Below, in pieces: positions 12,257-26,788 of a DNA stretch of 64,000 nt (positions are counted from its first letter, which is position 1; each line of letters opens with the position of its first letter). The notes below the pieces were generated by a model. The model saw nothing but the letters and a program-made list of their open reading frames with translations. It had not been told where the DNA came from and did no database searches. The position numbers and the translations under genes are program-made. The DNA comes from Mytilus trossulus (Eukaryota): contig NC_086376.1 in assembly GCF_036588685.1 (NCBI RefSeq), positions 74,813,630 to 74,877,629 on the forward strand, in the 5' to 3' direction.

Positions 12257-14690
12257 TAGAAGCGTTTTAAAATATTTTGTTATCAAAAAAATTCATGTGT
12301 GAATCAAATCATTTATATTACAAAGATTTTTCGATAGTGTACCTTATTTTGGAAAAATATGCTATGCCCAGAAACTGTTGAAATGACAAATCAATCTGAA
12401 TGAAACTTTATAAAAGTCTACAAAGTATTTCATTCTTCAAAAATTTCGGCTGTATGTTATTTGTAATTATTGATATAAAGATTTGCTTGTTATATTTGTG
12501 TTGGTCATGGTGGTAACATTATGTTTTTTATAAGTTATATAACTTATAGCAGTATATGTATAGGTGTCATGTCATAGTTTTATAGTTTATTGTTAATAAA
12601 GTCATATAATATGCAATATTTTCAAATGACGCCCCAACCATGATGTGTTATAATGGTTGTAAAACTAAAAGCAAATTTCAAAAAATAATTACAAAAAGTC
12701 AATATACCATGCAAGTCAGTTCCGCCATAATGTGCGTTATACAAACAAGTTATTGTTATAACACAGAGTTATTGTTGCAGTTCGTATCCGCCAGTGAGTG
12801 CATCTATTAAGCAATACACAATGATCGTTAAATTAAAAAAACTCCTAAATAAAGTAAATCTGATATTTATTGAATTTGTCTGGTCCATTAATATAAAGCA
12901 AAGTGAGTCAAATGTAAAGAAACGACCTTGAGCTACATAAAGGTTACAATTTTCTGGACTGATTTTAAACTGAGTTATTTATACATGGTATAATCATATA
13001 TTGCTTCATTTCCCTTTGTGATATTGATTATTTTCTCATTAAATTATACAATAGACCTTATTGAACTCAGAAATACAGACTGTTTTTATTTCAAACAAAC
13101 ATGTAATTTTCGGTATTTATTAAACATTACTCAAATACATTTATAACCTGCAACAAGCCTTGGTTTAAAAAACCATTAGTATATACCAATTTTGTGAGAA
13201 ATTTTCCAAGGATTTTGTGAAGTTTAGAAGTCCATGAATAATTTTGTCATGAAAAATCTCTTGATAATGGTTGAATATTATTTTAAGTAATAATCTAATT
13301 TGTTCAGCTTGCCTTGCTTGTAACTTGTTTTCAATTTGTATGCCTTGCCAGTTAAAGCAATTTGATTACCCAATTTTCAGCTTAAATTTGATAAGATTGT
13401 TTTGTTTGAGAGATCTGTTGACATTTGAACATATGAGAGGTTCAGTAATTTGTCATGAATTTTAACGATGTAAACAGAAAAGAAATGTATCTTAAAAAGG
13501 CAATAAAATAAAACGTTGATATCTGTTTTAGACATAGACACAGTTATACCAGTTGTAAGAAGAATAAAGTTATCTATTATTTACATCTGAAAGCAGTGAC
13601 GAATTTCTTTTTATGTACTGTAGAGAAAATTGGTCAATTATGAAAATATATTTACTGTTACGCTCCCTAAATTTAGAATACAAATAAAAGGTGATAGCAA
13701 CAATTAAGATTTAAATCTAAAGTGGAAGAGTTAGAAATGCATTAGAATAAATGAATTTGAAATAAATTCTTTTAATGAAGTTGTGACATTTCAAGTGTAT
13801 TATTGAAATTTGATTAAAGAAAATGTACATTAAACAGAACTGAAGATTACAGTATAACACCCAATCAAATGTCATTATGTTGTACATGTATGCAAGTTGC
13901 AAAAGTTGGTTGTAATATTATGAATACTTAAATAGTGATGAAAAACAGCATGTTTGCATACCATAGCTTTTTTCACTTAAAGTCAATGAGAGTTTTCTGT
14001 TTTTCTCTTTTAGGATGTTTTTTGACACCATAGCCATGATTCTTATTATGCAAAATTCATTTGCTACAATGAAATAATTTTATTAATTAACTTCAAGTTC
14101 TCTCCAACTTTTTAATACTTTCAGGGTATAAAATTAGAAGGGCAAATGGGCCCTAAAATTTAGTGTTGGCTACTTAAATTTTCTGCTTTTCTTGTATAGG
14201 GCTATATATGTGGGCTACCCAATTTAAGCTGTGAGCTACCATTGCCAAAGTCTTACATTCTATCCCGAAGTTTGCTGCCACAAAGGTTTAATCTCCTGAA
14301 CATGAAAATAATTAGTCCTTATACATGTACAAAAATAAAATATCCATGTGTTACTTTTTGGGATACTTCTTTATACATGTCTCACTTTTGTCTGTGTCCT
14401 CATTTACATACGGTACCATAAACTATTGAACCAACAATCATGTAATTTGATATACAGGTTTGTCTTGAAGAGTTTCAGTTCCTAGAATATACTCATATCA
14501 TCATATATTTCTAAATGTAAATCTAAGTCCAATATAATTACTAATTCTCTGTTCCGTGTGCTTTGCTGGGTTTACATTGACAACCTGAAAGGTCAAAGCT
14601 TTGAGTTTGTAATGTAAGACAATTTAAGATCTTTGCATTAGTAAAATGTTGTAGTCACACCTAGTCTGATGTTCCACTTAGGCTCTGGTA

Positions 14691-14995
14691 TTTTATTGCC
14701 CCATTTATGGCATTATGTTTTCTGGTCTGTGAGTCTATTTCTCTGTTTGTCTCTCATCTGTCTGTTCATCCATTAGTCCCTCTTGTCTTCCTCTTCAGGT
14801 TAACGTTTTTGTTCGAGGTAGTTTTAGATGAAGTTGAAGTCCAATCAACTTGAAACTTGGTACACATGTTCCCTATGTTATGATCTTTCTAATTTTAATG
14901 CCAAATTAGGGATTTTACCTCATTTTCACAGTCCACTGAACATAGACAATTATAGTGTGGATGGGGCCTCCGTGTACTATGGACACATTCTTGTT
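14691..14995 (+). mobile_element. HINE family A copy
   Basis: tgcccc...ggcat 5' inverted repeat, GTCT/GTCC microsatellite, core gaagttgaagtccaatcaacttgaaact, 3' ggggc...gacacattcttgtt. Five homologous copies in the window. Confidence 0.8.
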
Positions 14996-17167
14996 TTTGG
15001 TGTGTTTGTAGATATATTTATTCTGCAATACTGCCAATAGGTATTTTTTGTAAGTTATTTGACAAGGTAACCATTGTATACAGTCAAAACACAATGTCAA
15101 TGTAAGAAGGTTAAGCATATATCAGATATTTTAACAGAAAGACACTGAGACTCCGACAGATACACTTGTAACTAGGGCACTGTAGGTCCAAAACAATTCA
15201 TAATAATATATGGTACTGCTTTTTCATTTCTTCATGTTCTTTAACATGTTGAAAGGAAGTATCCGATTACAAGTAATGATAAAAATATATGTTATTGGTG
15301 ATATGTTGCATTTTTTTTAATCATATTTAGGATTTTTCAGAAAGCAAGAACTGTAATATCATGTATATTTAATGGCTTTAATATTTAGATATAGGAAGAT
15401 GTGGTGTGAGTGCCAATGAGACAACTCTCCATCCAAATAACAATTTAAAAATTAAACCATTATAGGTTAAAGTACGGCCTTCAACACGGAGCCTTGGCTC
15501 AGTACATTTGACTTGGGATGGAAAAAAAAAAATAATAATTTTGAAATTGAACATTTGTGATAAAACTACTAAATGACCATGGAGAACTGATAATAACATG
15601 TAATTTGAATGACAGGACAGTATCATGTGACCTGACAGTATCATGTTACCCTCATTGTATCACACACAAGTATTCAAACAAGTGGTACCACCAGGTAGGT
15701 GTAAATGAAACGTGTGAAATCAATGACTAGAGGGAAATCATTTCATATGAAACACTAATTTACCCCTTCTATTCTATGTTTCATTGTTGTTTTAAGGACA
15801 TTTGTTCTTAGTAGGTATCATTTACTGTACTTTAAATTTGTTACAAAATGTTTTTTGCAAATAAATAATTTAAATATATATATATATATGTTGAAAGCAG
15901 GTAAATGTGTTTTTACACATGTACATTATTACTATTTGCACCTGTATGATAATTGCATTATAATGTAAATGTCTTTTTCTATTAGTTAACCGGTACATTG
16001 TCATTTTTTTGATAACACATCTGTATTGCTTACCACAAGTATCAAAGATAAGTGAAATAAGTCTCATCCCCAAACAAAGGAATGTTCAGAACTTAATCTT
16101 ATCAGATAGACAGAAAACTCAATTTATTTTTGTCTCGTACCCATAATAAAAATCCTATTTTTCTACAAGATCATTTAATTTGACCACTGACCTTGCAATG
16201 CCAGACCCTCATAGGAAGTCAAGGTCGTTAAAACCCCCCTCATCATCTGATATTGCTTTAATGTGTATTTACGAATTTTGCAGTTACCTTCAGAACATTC
16301 TTATGAACATAGTTGGACTGGTTTTAAGACCACTCCATTATATTTTAGATAAACAGTCACTTATTATATTGATTTGAAAATTAAGATAAAAGGCAGTGAA
16401 AATTCAATCCAGAAAAACTGCTCTCAAAGGATTTTTTTTGGGGGAAATGTACTTGAAAAATGGTGCTTCCTGTGTACTTAGAAATGGAGCATAATTAACT
16501 TCCTGTTGACACAGAAATTGACTATAGTCACAACAAAATCAGCTGTTATTGATTTGATGAGGGGCTTTAATAAGCCTTATCTTCTGTTATAAAATTTAAT
16601 ATTGATTACATACATGTTATATTTACATAGTGATAATATTTTGTTACAGATTTGTGATGAAGCAGTATTGGCCATTAGTAGTTGAAGACCTTGAAGGTAA
16701 TATTTTATAATTGTGTATTGACTAGGTATACATAAAACCTCTGATCCAATGCAGAAAAATGGGTTTTCCAATAACTGCATGCTATTTGATTTGGCTACTA
16801 GTTCACATAGTTCACATCTATACATAATACACTGAAGTACTAAGCTTCAGATTCAGCAACCAACTTCAGGTAAGGTACCTAGGGTAAGGTGTTATATTTT
16901 CAGATCAGATGTGGATTTAAGGGGTGGAAGGGGGTTGGCACCCTCTCTACGCCTTATGGAGCTTCAAATATAATGAATATGTCTTGTACAAGTATCATTC
17001 CAAACATTAGCTTACCAGCTCCTATATTTTCCAAATCCTGGCTCCACACTTGAAGATATTTCTATATCATATCAAGATTTGGACATACATTTAATGCTTG
17101 CCAAAGATGGAGTGAACTTTTATGAGTACTTTTCATTTATCAATAATTACATTAGATGTAAGTTTCA

Positions 17168-17497
17168 TTATAATACGTTATTCTGATTGGCTAACATGTT
17201 ATTCCGTAAACAATTGCATCAGACAATAACATTTATCATGCATGATGACACGAGGTCCAACAAAAAAAGTGCACAGGTGAATTAAATAAAACTGGATAAA
17301 AATCGTGTTTTCATGATTTTAGCTAAAAAATGTAATTATAAGTATTGAATACTTCTTTTTGAAACTTTATAGGGTTGTAAAAGTGTTGACCGAAGTACAT
17401 TTTTAGAATGAAGCGCTTCCGCGCTTCATACAAAATGTACTTCGGTCAACGCTTTTACCACCCAATAAATTTACAAAAAGAAGCATTCAATTCTTAA
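17168..17497. mobile_element. Long-hairpin non-autonomous element (Crypton-like architecture)
   Basis: ttataa...ctgattggct at one end and a ~75-bp-stem palindrome (17338-17497; loop GAAGCGC-TTCC-GCGCTTC) ending TTAA at the other. Confidence 0.6.
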
Positions 17498-20130
17498 TTG
17501 AACTTTTGCATTTTCGTATACATTTTTCCTGTATGACAACCAAGGTGGTATGATTTAGACCTAGAGTTATCCAATGTACTGGTATTGATAATTGTTTTAG
17601 AAAAGTTTTTGTCACCATCATTAACAATTTATTCATCATACTAGGTCACTAAGGGGTATTGATGAGGACAAATATTTTTCATTTGTAAAAGTGTTCAAGC
17701 CTCTCAAATGCACTCAGGGTTCAAGTGTTGGACATAGACATTTTTATTCAAAAGAAATTTAGAAGTTAATTAGTATACACATTTTTATTCAAAAGAAATT
17801 AAGAGGTTGGTATACAGTCTACAACAATGGCAAAGCATCTACAAAGTAACATGCTATGTCAAGTTCTTTTAACATCACCTTGTCAGGGGAAAAAAGTTCA
17901 GTGTGAACATGTGGAGATTGCTTACTTAAAATTTTCATTCAACAACATTTATTCCAAATCCTGTATACAGAACCCGTAATATATGATATGCACTAAATGA
18001 CTGCCTTAGGTCAGTTGTAGGCAAGGAACTAAGCCATATCACTGTGTCAACAGTATTTGAATGGTTTCAACAAGGCAACAAATCTTACTATATATGATAG
18101 TGCTAGTTCAAAACTACAAAAGTATCTTAAGGACATGCAGGGTAGAGGAAACACATATTATTTGTAAGCCTTTTTGCTCAAGGCTAAGTAATGCATATTT
18201 TTACCTTTATGACTTTAAATGGTCATTATTAACGCCTGTTTCACTGGTAATTACACCAAAACTTATCCTAATTATATAACCAACCATGTTAATTTGTACA
18301 ATATTTAGGACAGAAATAGGCTTGATGTTGTGATGCTTTGTATTGATTGTCTCTTAATTGTATCAACTATGTCGCTAAACAATGTGTTAAACTCATTTTA
18401 GTCATTGCAAGTATTCAGAAATTTGCTTATGTCAGCATTTTGTTATTTCCAACTGATAATGAATTAGAAAAATGCCATTTACAGACAATAACAGTCTACA
18501 AGTTTTCTGATTAATATGCGGTTGTGCAGTTTTTGCTTGGAACAAATGCATTGTTAAATATTTGGTCTACCAGGTGAATAATATAGATCTTCAATATATA
18601 TACAATATTTGACTCCATAGCACCTACAAGTACTTTGTATATGGAAAACCAGATAATTGGGTGTGAAGGCGTTGTGTTGATATTTGAACCCTATTTCAAT
18701 ATTATGCAGGTAGATAGCATTTGTTTTTCTAACTTAAATAACAATTGGACTTGATACATATACCAGTTTGGATGTAACATTTACATAATGATCTATTGGA
18801 AAAACCAGTAAGCTTGCATTATAAAGAACAAAAAAAAGACATTAACATAAATATTTTATTTAAAATACTTTTTGTGAGAAACCACTGTCATGCTTACTTA
18901 AATCTGCATCAAAATTTAAATCTTTCAGATAAAGTAAAAAAAAAAAAAATACCAGAATTTTATTGTTTTAGCTCTTTCTCAAAAACATAAATTTTTCCAA
19001 TTTGTATTCTATAAAAGCAATGAGCTTTGGAAGTGTTATACATGTAATTGCTAATTTGACTAAACTTGTTCATATATGTTCAATGACCATTTTAAATTTG
19101 AATCATTTTATATATTGGTGATGACCATAATTTATAAAACTAAATAATGACATTGATGTATCAAAAATAGCCTTTGGTCATTCCCACTTTGTCATGTAAT
19201 CAGTAATTTTGGACATAATTATACTTCTTAAGGTCTTACATGTAATACTTGTACTTGTTTTGTTGGTGTCAGAAAATTTGTCAGTTTGCAACTTTTCTGA
19301 AGATGATGTAAGTCCAGATTTGTGGTGAGTTTGTTGGTATTTTTATTCTGGTACATGTATGATAATGGTAAACTGTTGAAATACTATGCATTCATTTAGT
19401 CATTATGTTAAAAAATTGAGGTACTATTGTTTATGATTGCAGCATGCAGACATGTTTTAGAATACTGTAAATTCAGAAATGAGTGCATGTTTTTATTAAT
19501 GCCAAAATAGGACAGTATCACTGGTCTGCGAAAACAAAATCATGTGTTACGAATTTCAGTTGTGATTTTCATCCATAACATTTTTGCAGTTGCATGAATT
19601 ACATATTGCATTTTTGCCAGTGGTCAAGGATTCGCAATAATAAATATTCTGTATTAAACAAAAAAATAAGTAAAACTCATCTGATATGGAGATTGCTCCA
19701 ATTGTTTTGGTCATTTCTTAATTTTTGTAGATTTTGCATTGCTGCTGTTTATTTTGTTAGGTATGTGTTATTGGAAAGTTATTTGTTGTATATATGGTTT
19801 GTTCAAATGTGATTGCTTCAAATAGATTTTGGTACCTCTGTATGTTTATAATGATAGTTGTACTACTGTTTGTGATAATTAAATGATATTTTCAGCATCT
19901 GGTAAAGAAATAATTCCATAGTTGCTCTGTAACCTTGTCATTGATTTTCTGAAGTTATTTCGTAAAGAATTGGTCCTATAATGGATTTGCATGGCATGGG
20001 GAGGGGGGGGGGGGTCTCCCCTTATGTTGTGGGGAAAATTGAAGCATGACTGAAGCATTCCCTTTCTTAGGCAGTCACTTGTGCCTTTTTTTTTTTAAGA
20101 CTGGAAGTTTACTTCATGATGTCAGCATGA

Positions 20131-20227
20131 ACTGTAAACCAATTGATTTTGCGGATACTTAATTTCGTGTTCTACCTCACAAAAGTTACAAAATTAAATC
20201 GCTCACGAAATAAATTTGGTTTACAGT
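20131..20227. mobile_element. Small MITE with 12-bp TIRs
   Basis: actgtaaaccaa / ttggtttacagt. Confidence 0.6.
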
Positions 20228-20812
20228 TTTTATATGATTTTTTAATGAATTTTTGATTGATTTATGACATCCCCCAACAAAAATGATAAATATTATAGTT
20301 GCTTCTTCACTGTTTTTGTATAAATCCTTGTTTATATAGATTTGCTATAACTCTTTGGACTTCTTTTTTTTTAATACATGGCAATGTATTGGGGCTAAAT
20401 ATGAAAATAAAAATTTCCCAAATTGCATTATTTTTACTGAATGTTCAAGTGGAGGCCTTTCAAATTATGATTCATTTTGATACTGTATATCATATTAAAA
20501 TATGAATTATTACTGTAATTGTTAGCATTTTATTTTTATGATCCAAAATTTGTAGGAATTAATAGTTTTTAAAAAGTCATTATATATATATATATCTATA
20601 GTGAGAACATAGATACTATTTAGTTGTAACTATTTAAGGAGTTATAAATGGATAATATATGCCATTTCTATTCACATGTTTTCATATTAAAGACTTTTAT
20701 GAACTGGTTATTCTGATGGAAAATCCAGTTATGAATTTGAGGTACATATACTTACTCACTGTAGTTCATTTACAGTTGAATCCATATCCATGTCTTTAGG
20801 TCAAGGTTGTTT

Positions 20813-21305
20813 ATAAAAAAGAAGATGTGGTATGATTGCCAATGAGACAACTCTCAACAAGAGACCAAAAATGACACAGAAATTAACAACTATAGATCAC
20901 TGCACTGCCTTAAACAACGAGAAAAGCCCATACCACATAGTCTGCTATAAAAGGCCCCGAAATTACAATTTAAAAAATTCAAAACAGAAAACTAATGACC
21001 TTATTTATATTGAAAAAATGAACAAAAAACAAATATGTAACACATAAACAAAAGACAACCACTGAATTACAGGCTCCTGACTTGGGACAGACACATACAT
21101 ACATAATGTGGTGGGGTTAAACATGTTAGCGGGATCCCAACCCTCCCCCTTACCTAGGTCAGTGGTATAACAGTTCAACATAAGAACGAACTATAAAAAT
21201 CAGTTGAAAAAAGCTTAACTCATCAGATGGACAAAAATATAAGTGGACGTGGCTGGGTGCTTGTACATCCCAACAACAAAATGACACTAGGAACATATCT
21301 GAGTA
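20813..21305 (+). repeat. Abundant dispersed repeat family C, longest copy
   Basis: agatgtggtatgattgccaatgagacaactctc...ataaaaggcccc...ggctcctgacttgggacag. Further copies at 10837-10975(-), 15388-15500(+), 35876-36135(+), 55404-55726(-); related pieces at 46775-47070 and 48850-49200. Confidence 0.75.
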
Positions 21306-22080
21306 ATACTTTCATTTTGGTTTTTTTACTTGTAATTTTAGACACCCCTTTGGCATCTTTCGTCTCTTTTTTACTGACAAGAACAAGTAATGGCTTCATA
21401 TTTTTTTTTTTGGAAATAAATGATTAGTAAAACCAAGATATTGCTGTAGATGTTTACTCAATAGTTCATTGTTTAATGTCCACCTAGGCAGCTGTCAAGA
21501 TGAGGACACAACACTACAAACACTGTTCCCATATATGTATGCATTCCTTGTATTTCATACACAATTATCCAACATATAAACATTCTTTTCATGTTGTTAC
21601 CCCTTGAAAGTTGAAAATCTTACATAATATATACTTTGAGCTAAAGTTTTGATATTTTATGACTACTAAAAACCCTAAAATACAGATTAAGAATACTTTA
21701 CTTAAGAAAAATTGACCACCTGCTTTTTACATATGAATCTTTTATGAAATAAATATTTTATTTTACCATGAATTATGAGATCCTTTGATTGCTTCCTAAA
21801 TGATCCATTTTTCCAAGGTACTTAGTATTACAAATATCAGTGAAATAATCTTAATTAGATATACTGGCTTTTCCAAATAAGAAAAGTTGACTATATAATT
21901 AACTTTTATTAGTTGCTTTAATCGGCTTCATTTGGACTCCTTGTTGTTTATCTTGCCTTCATGATCATGTGTTACTTGCATTGTTGGCTATTTTACATTT
22001 TATCTTGTGTATCCTCCATCTCTGACATGGTATGTTGAACTTTAATCTTATTCCATTGAATTTCCATTGTATGTATTATT

Positions 22081-22229
22081 CTGGGGTGGACCCAGCCATT
22101 TTAAAAAGGGGGGTCCTAACCCAGGATAAAAGGGGGGGGGGGTTCCAACTATATGTCCCCATTCAAATGCATTGATCTTTCAAAAAGAAAGAGGCTGTTC
22201 CAACCCTCAGAACCTCCCTCTCGCCACTG
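22081..22229. mobile_element. GC-rich CAG/CTG-terminal MITE (degenerate)
   Basis: ctggggtggacccagcc...tcgccactg. Similar short elements at ~16905-17052 and ~61135-61247. Confidence 0.5.
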
Positions 22230-23134
22230 TAACTAACATTTCATATGTAAAGCTTTACACTTGCCTTTATATTACCCTTTTATCAAGAAAACATATTATT
22301 TAATAAGCTTACATAAATATTACTTGTTCCAAAATTTAAAAAAAATAATATTAGAAAAGCAGCTAGTAATACCTGAATTCTTAACATCATATTTGAAAGG
22401 ATAAAAATGCAATCTTTGACCCAATAATATACATTAGAATATAGTTTTGATCTAATATTTATGACGCTTTAGAACATAGCAATGTTAAATTAATATCTAT
22501 AGGTATTATAGTTCATCTATTTCTTCACACTAAATTAATATCTTTATGCCTGTGGCTAATTAGGTTTATTAATAATTTACAAAGCAATAATCATTCGTTT
22601 TGTGCATGTAGGATTACTTAAGGTCATTATATGCTAATCGGTAGGTCACTAAGGGATAATTAACCTTATTAGGACAAATAGGATTTGGATATATACTAGA
22701 GATTGAATGGTTAGGTAAGGCATTTAATAATTTCAATATTGTAAAACATTTAAACCTGTATTTGGTATTTTAAATATATTTTGTTTTTGAGATTAAAGTG
22801 AAAATGGTTAAATTTATTAAAATTTAATTTGAAAGGAAGTTTTCTTTGTGAATGTAAGTATAGTTGTTTTTATTTTAAGATAAAAAAAAACAAAAAAAAC
22901 TAAATAATCGTCTTCCTCTAGCTTTGAGATATACATATATGTATATTTAGGACAATTCATATTAGATTAGTTATACATTCATTGTATTCCAATATAGCTT
23001 TATCTGATAGTTGTACAAATAAGATATTTCGTGTTTACCACAAGTTGTCATGTGCAGATCATATAAAACATGTGCACATAAATTTCAGAAATGATGAGAT
23101 CGTCTCATTAGGTTTGGTGAAAGACTTTTATTGT

Positions 23135-23265
23135 CATACTTTATTTAGCCTTTATTAACTTTTTTAATTCAATAGTCACTGATGAGTCTTTTGTAGAAAA
23201 AACGCACGTCTTGCATGTCTGGCGTACAATATTTTAATCCCCGTATCTATGATGAGTTTATTTAC
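23135..23265 (+). mobile_element. Penelope-type repeat fragment with a decayed minimal hammerhead ribozyme
   Basis: gtcaCTGATGAgtcttttgtagaaaaaacgcacgtc: CUGAUGA core intact, expected GACGAAAC mutated. Confidence 0.55.
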
Positions 23266-24924
23266 TGTATTTAAAGTGCCTCATGTCTGCCTAATATATT
23301 TGTTAACATGGTACTAATGTTATTTATTTCAAACACACATAGAATAGCATACATCTTTAAACCTTGAAAACATTTTATTTTCATGTAGTAATGAAGAATT
23401 AAGCCACTGTGGTTTTATACTTTTATACAGAGAAATAATAACGATTTTAGAAAGATAAAAAATTTGGTTCAAATTATGCAAATGTTAATAGAACATACGC
23501 TCACAAGGTTGTTTGGTAACTTTTATTAAATCTTGCACCGACAGCTGACAATAATTCATAAACATAACAGTTGTTACAACTGCTTTACTTTATTCCCATC
23601 CTTGTGCGTTTTATTGAACAACAGTTTATAATCTGTTTTCTGACATGCAAGATGAGTTTTAAAGTCTTCTTTGAACTGGCTTTTGACATTGATCAGAATG
23701 TTTTTAATATTTCGATCAACCATTTGAAATAATAAATCAACAAAAAGGCTTTGAATAGAAAGGAATAATGGATTTGGTACAGGTATTGGTTAATCATGTT
23801 ATGAACTTACTATTAATGATTATAATTGAACAAAGAACTTTATATGTGGTTTTTGAAGAACAACTTTTTTTTACAAGAATGATTTTGTGATTGGATTCAA
23901 TTCTACAGACAACCCTCATTACACCAGAATAAAAAGGGTTATTTCTTTATCAAAAATATATATAGCAAAGTAGAATTTTCAATATACTAATAGTATTTTA
24001 AAATATGATATTTTACATATGAAATAATAGATAGATGAGTTTTTAATACTTCCTTGCTGTGATGAAGGGAAAAAGAGAATATATTGAGGTAAAGATTTGA
24101 TACTTCATCATATGAAGAAACTAATCCATAAACTTTCCAAGGAAATTTAAGGGTATTTTTTTGGTTAACTGAATGTCTGTTGCTTTCAAATGAAGGCTGT
24201 ATTTAAATGGCGGACTTTTTTTATGAGAAGTAATGGTGAAGATGGTGAAAGAGTGACAGAATTATTTTTGTCATGTAGAGGCCTTTTATGGCTGACCATA
24301 CAGCCTTGTTGAAGGCAGTGAGCTATAGTTGTTTTACATCTAAATTATTTGGAATCAAAATTGGTAATCATATCTCATCCCTTTATGTTATTTTTCACAT
24401 TTGTACTACAGAAAATTGTCAGGAAAAGAGTTTGTTTTAGCATAAAAATCTGACTGTCTTTTAAGCAGTGAATTTTGTAACAAAAAAGAGAATTTGTTAT
24501 TATGTAAATAACATTTCCTTTTCTCAGAGTAATTTATTTAATAAAGGCAGCTGTTTCCTGAAAGTCCATAGGTTTCCTCTGAGAACTGAATTGAATTTAT
24601 TGCTTTTATTAATGGTTATCTAAAACAAAATGACTGTCTTCCAAAATGTGAATTAGAAAAGGAAATATGGGGTATATGTCAATGAGACACCCAACAGCAG
24701 GGGTAAAAAAGACTCATAACAACCTTAGGCCATGATTCCTTTCTAATTCAACAATTACAGTGTACTTTTACATATAGTAACAAAGACTTATGCTCTGAAT
24801 GAGATACTTTTAACATGTATTCACTATTTTCTTTACGTTTGTTATAACAAATCATTCCATTTTTACACATGTAAGACAAACTCCACTTCAACAAATTCCT
24901 AGGTTGCTAGATGATGTGCATTTA

Positions 24925-25223
24925 TTTTTATGCCCCACCTATGATAGTAGAGGGGTTTTATGTTTTCTGGATTGTGGGTCCGTTCGTCCGTTTGTTCATC
25001 CGTTCGTTCATTCGTCTGTCCAGTTTCAGGTAAAAGTTTTTGGTCAAGGTAGTTTTTGATGGAGTTGAAGTCCAATAAATCGAAACTTAGTATAAATGTT
25101 CCTTATGATACGATTTTTTTTATTTTAATGTCAAATTAGAGTTCTGACCCCTATTTCAGGGTCCACTGACAACAGAAAAGATAGTGCGAGTGGGGCATCC
25201 ATGTACTGGGACACATTCTTGTT
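24925..25223 (+). mobile_element. HINE family A copy
   Basis: Homologous to 14691-14995; (CGTT/CGTC)n microsatellite. Confidence 0.8.
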
Positions 25224-26584
25224 ATGTAATGTTTGGGTCTATGAAAAACTCCCTTTCAATTGTGATTATTTTTAAATATGTCACTCATTTAAGTGTGATA
25301 TTGTTCACTTGGAATTCACTGTCTTCCCTATTAATAATATTCATTAATTTTTGAAACCAAGAGTTATAAGACTCAGGCATAATTAAGTTATGATATTGGA
25401 CCATAAGCTTTAATTGCTTTGTAAAAGTTGTTTATTATAATTACATATATAATTGAAAGGACCATTCATGGTATATTTTTAAAAAAATAAAAAAATAGAC
25501 TTCTAAACAAACTTGACGTTCATAGGCCTAGTGGGAGGGAACAAAATTATGTATGTACCGTTTGTAATTACATTCTGAAAACATAACAATTAAATTTATA
25601 TTGTTTGCGTGTCTTTGGTTCTTATGGAGAATAAGGAAATTTTAACGGCACGTTTGTGGGTATGGTTTATCTGAAGTAATCACACATTCTATCGTTACCC
25701 AAATAAATAGGACCTCCTTAGCTATTTTCATATCTGAAATTTACAATTAAAATATTTGTAAAAAAATAAGAATGCTGGTAGTATTGATTCGGTGCCAAAG
25801 AATAATCTTAGCCTTTTATGTTTATCTATATACTTAGTATTTATAAAGGTGAAAGGCTAATACAATAAAAGTCTAGATCTTGAAATTTTGCCAACATTTC
25901 TAAACACCACAAAATATTAAAATCACACATGATTGTATTGTTGGCTTAAGTACTTCTCTATTCCTTATTCTGTTTATTTGATGAAAAGTAAAAATATTCA
26001 TCTAATATATAAATAATTTTGATAAGTCTGTATTTGGGCCTCGTCTCGATTTTCTGCTTGAAGAATTCTTTATGTAATCATTAAAATTTAATCTTTTCAA
26101 CCCTTTAGGTTACTAAGCATCATAGTTTGTGAGAAAGTACAAACTCTAAAGGCATCTTTTCTCTGGCATTGATAGATTTATATGTCCCTCTAACCTTGGT
26201 CTCATGAATAGCAGTTACAGTGTATAAACAAATGTAAATATCTTCAGAATAAAAAATGTCTTTAAGACCAGGCTCTATACTTTGGATTCACAAAAAATAT
26301 TTTAAAATACCGGTACATTCTGGAAATTGATATTGGAAATGAATTCAGATGTTTGTTATGTCTGAATGAGACAGCTACCCAAAACTAATGTAAGGTCATG
26401 TAATACAGGAAAGATCCCTTGTTGATAACAACTTAGTAGAACTTTAGAAATACAGTTGCTTACATCGGTTTTAAGTTCTTAGGTAAACTTTTCATCTAGT
26501 TAAGGTCAAAGCAAAACAGTACCCAACAATGGGCCAACATTACAAACAATTAAAACTTAAAAGACATCCATTTTTGTTCTGTTG

Positions 26585-26788
26585 TACTGTGGATTTATAA
26601 TTATCCTTTGCATACCAATTTTGATGGATTCCGTGGGTACAGGGAAACCATGATTATAAATGATCAATAAATTACAAATTATCTATAGAAATTAAGTTAT
26701 GCAGAATTTTGAAAAACCACAAATTAAATATCTCTGAGTTTTCCTCAATCCACAAAATTTGGTACTCTGACACCAAAATAAATGAATG
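26585..26788. mobile_element. Degenerate copy of the same palindromic MITE
   Basis: tactgtggatt...ataccaattttgatgg...ccacaaaatttggtac...aaataaatgaat. Confidence 0.6.

Noticed and set aside
21195-21230. Minus-strand CTGATGA-GTT...AAC hammerhead-like motif in repeat C
   Set aside because: No GAAA box after stem II (reads TGAT) and no stem III.
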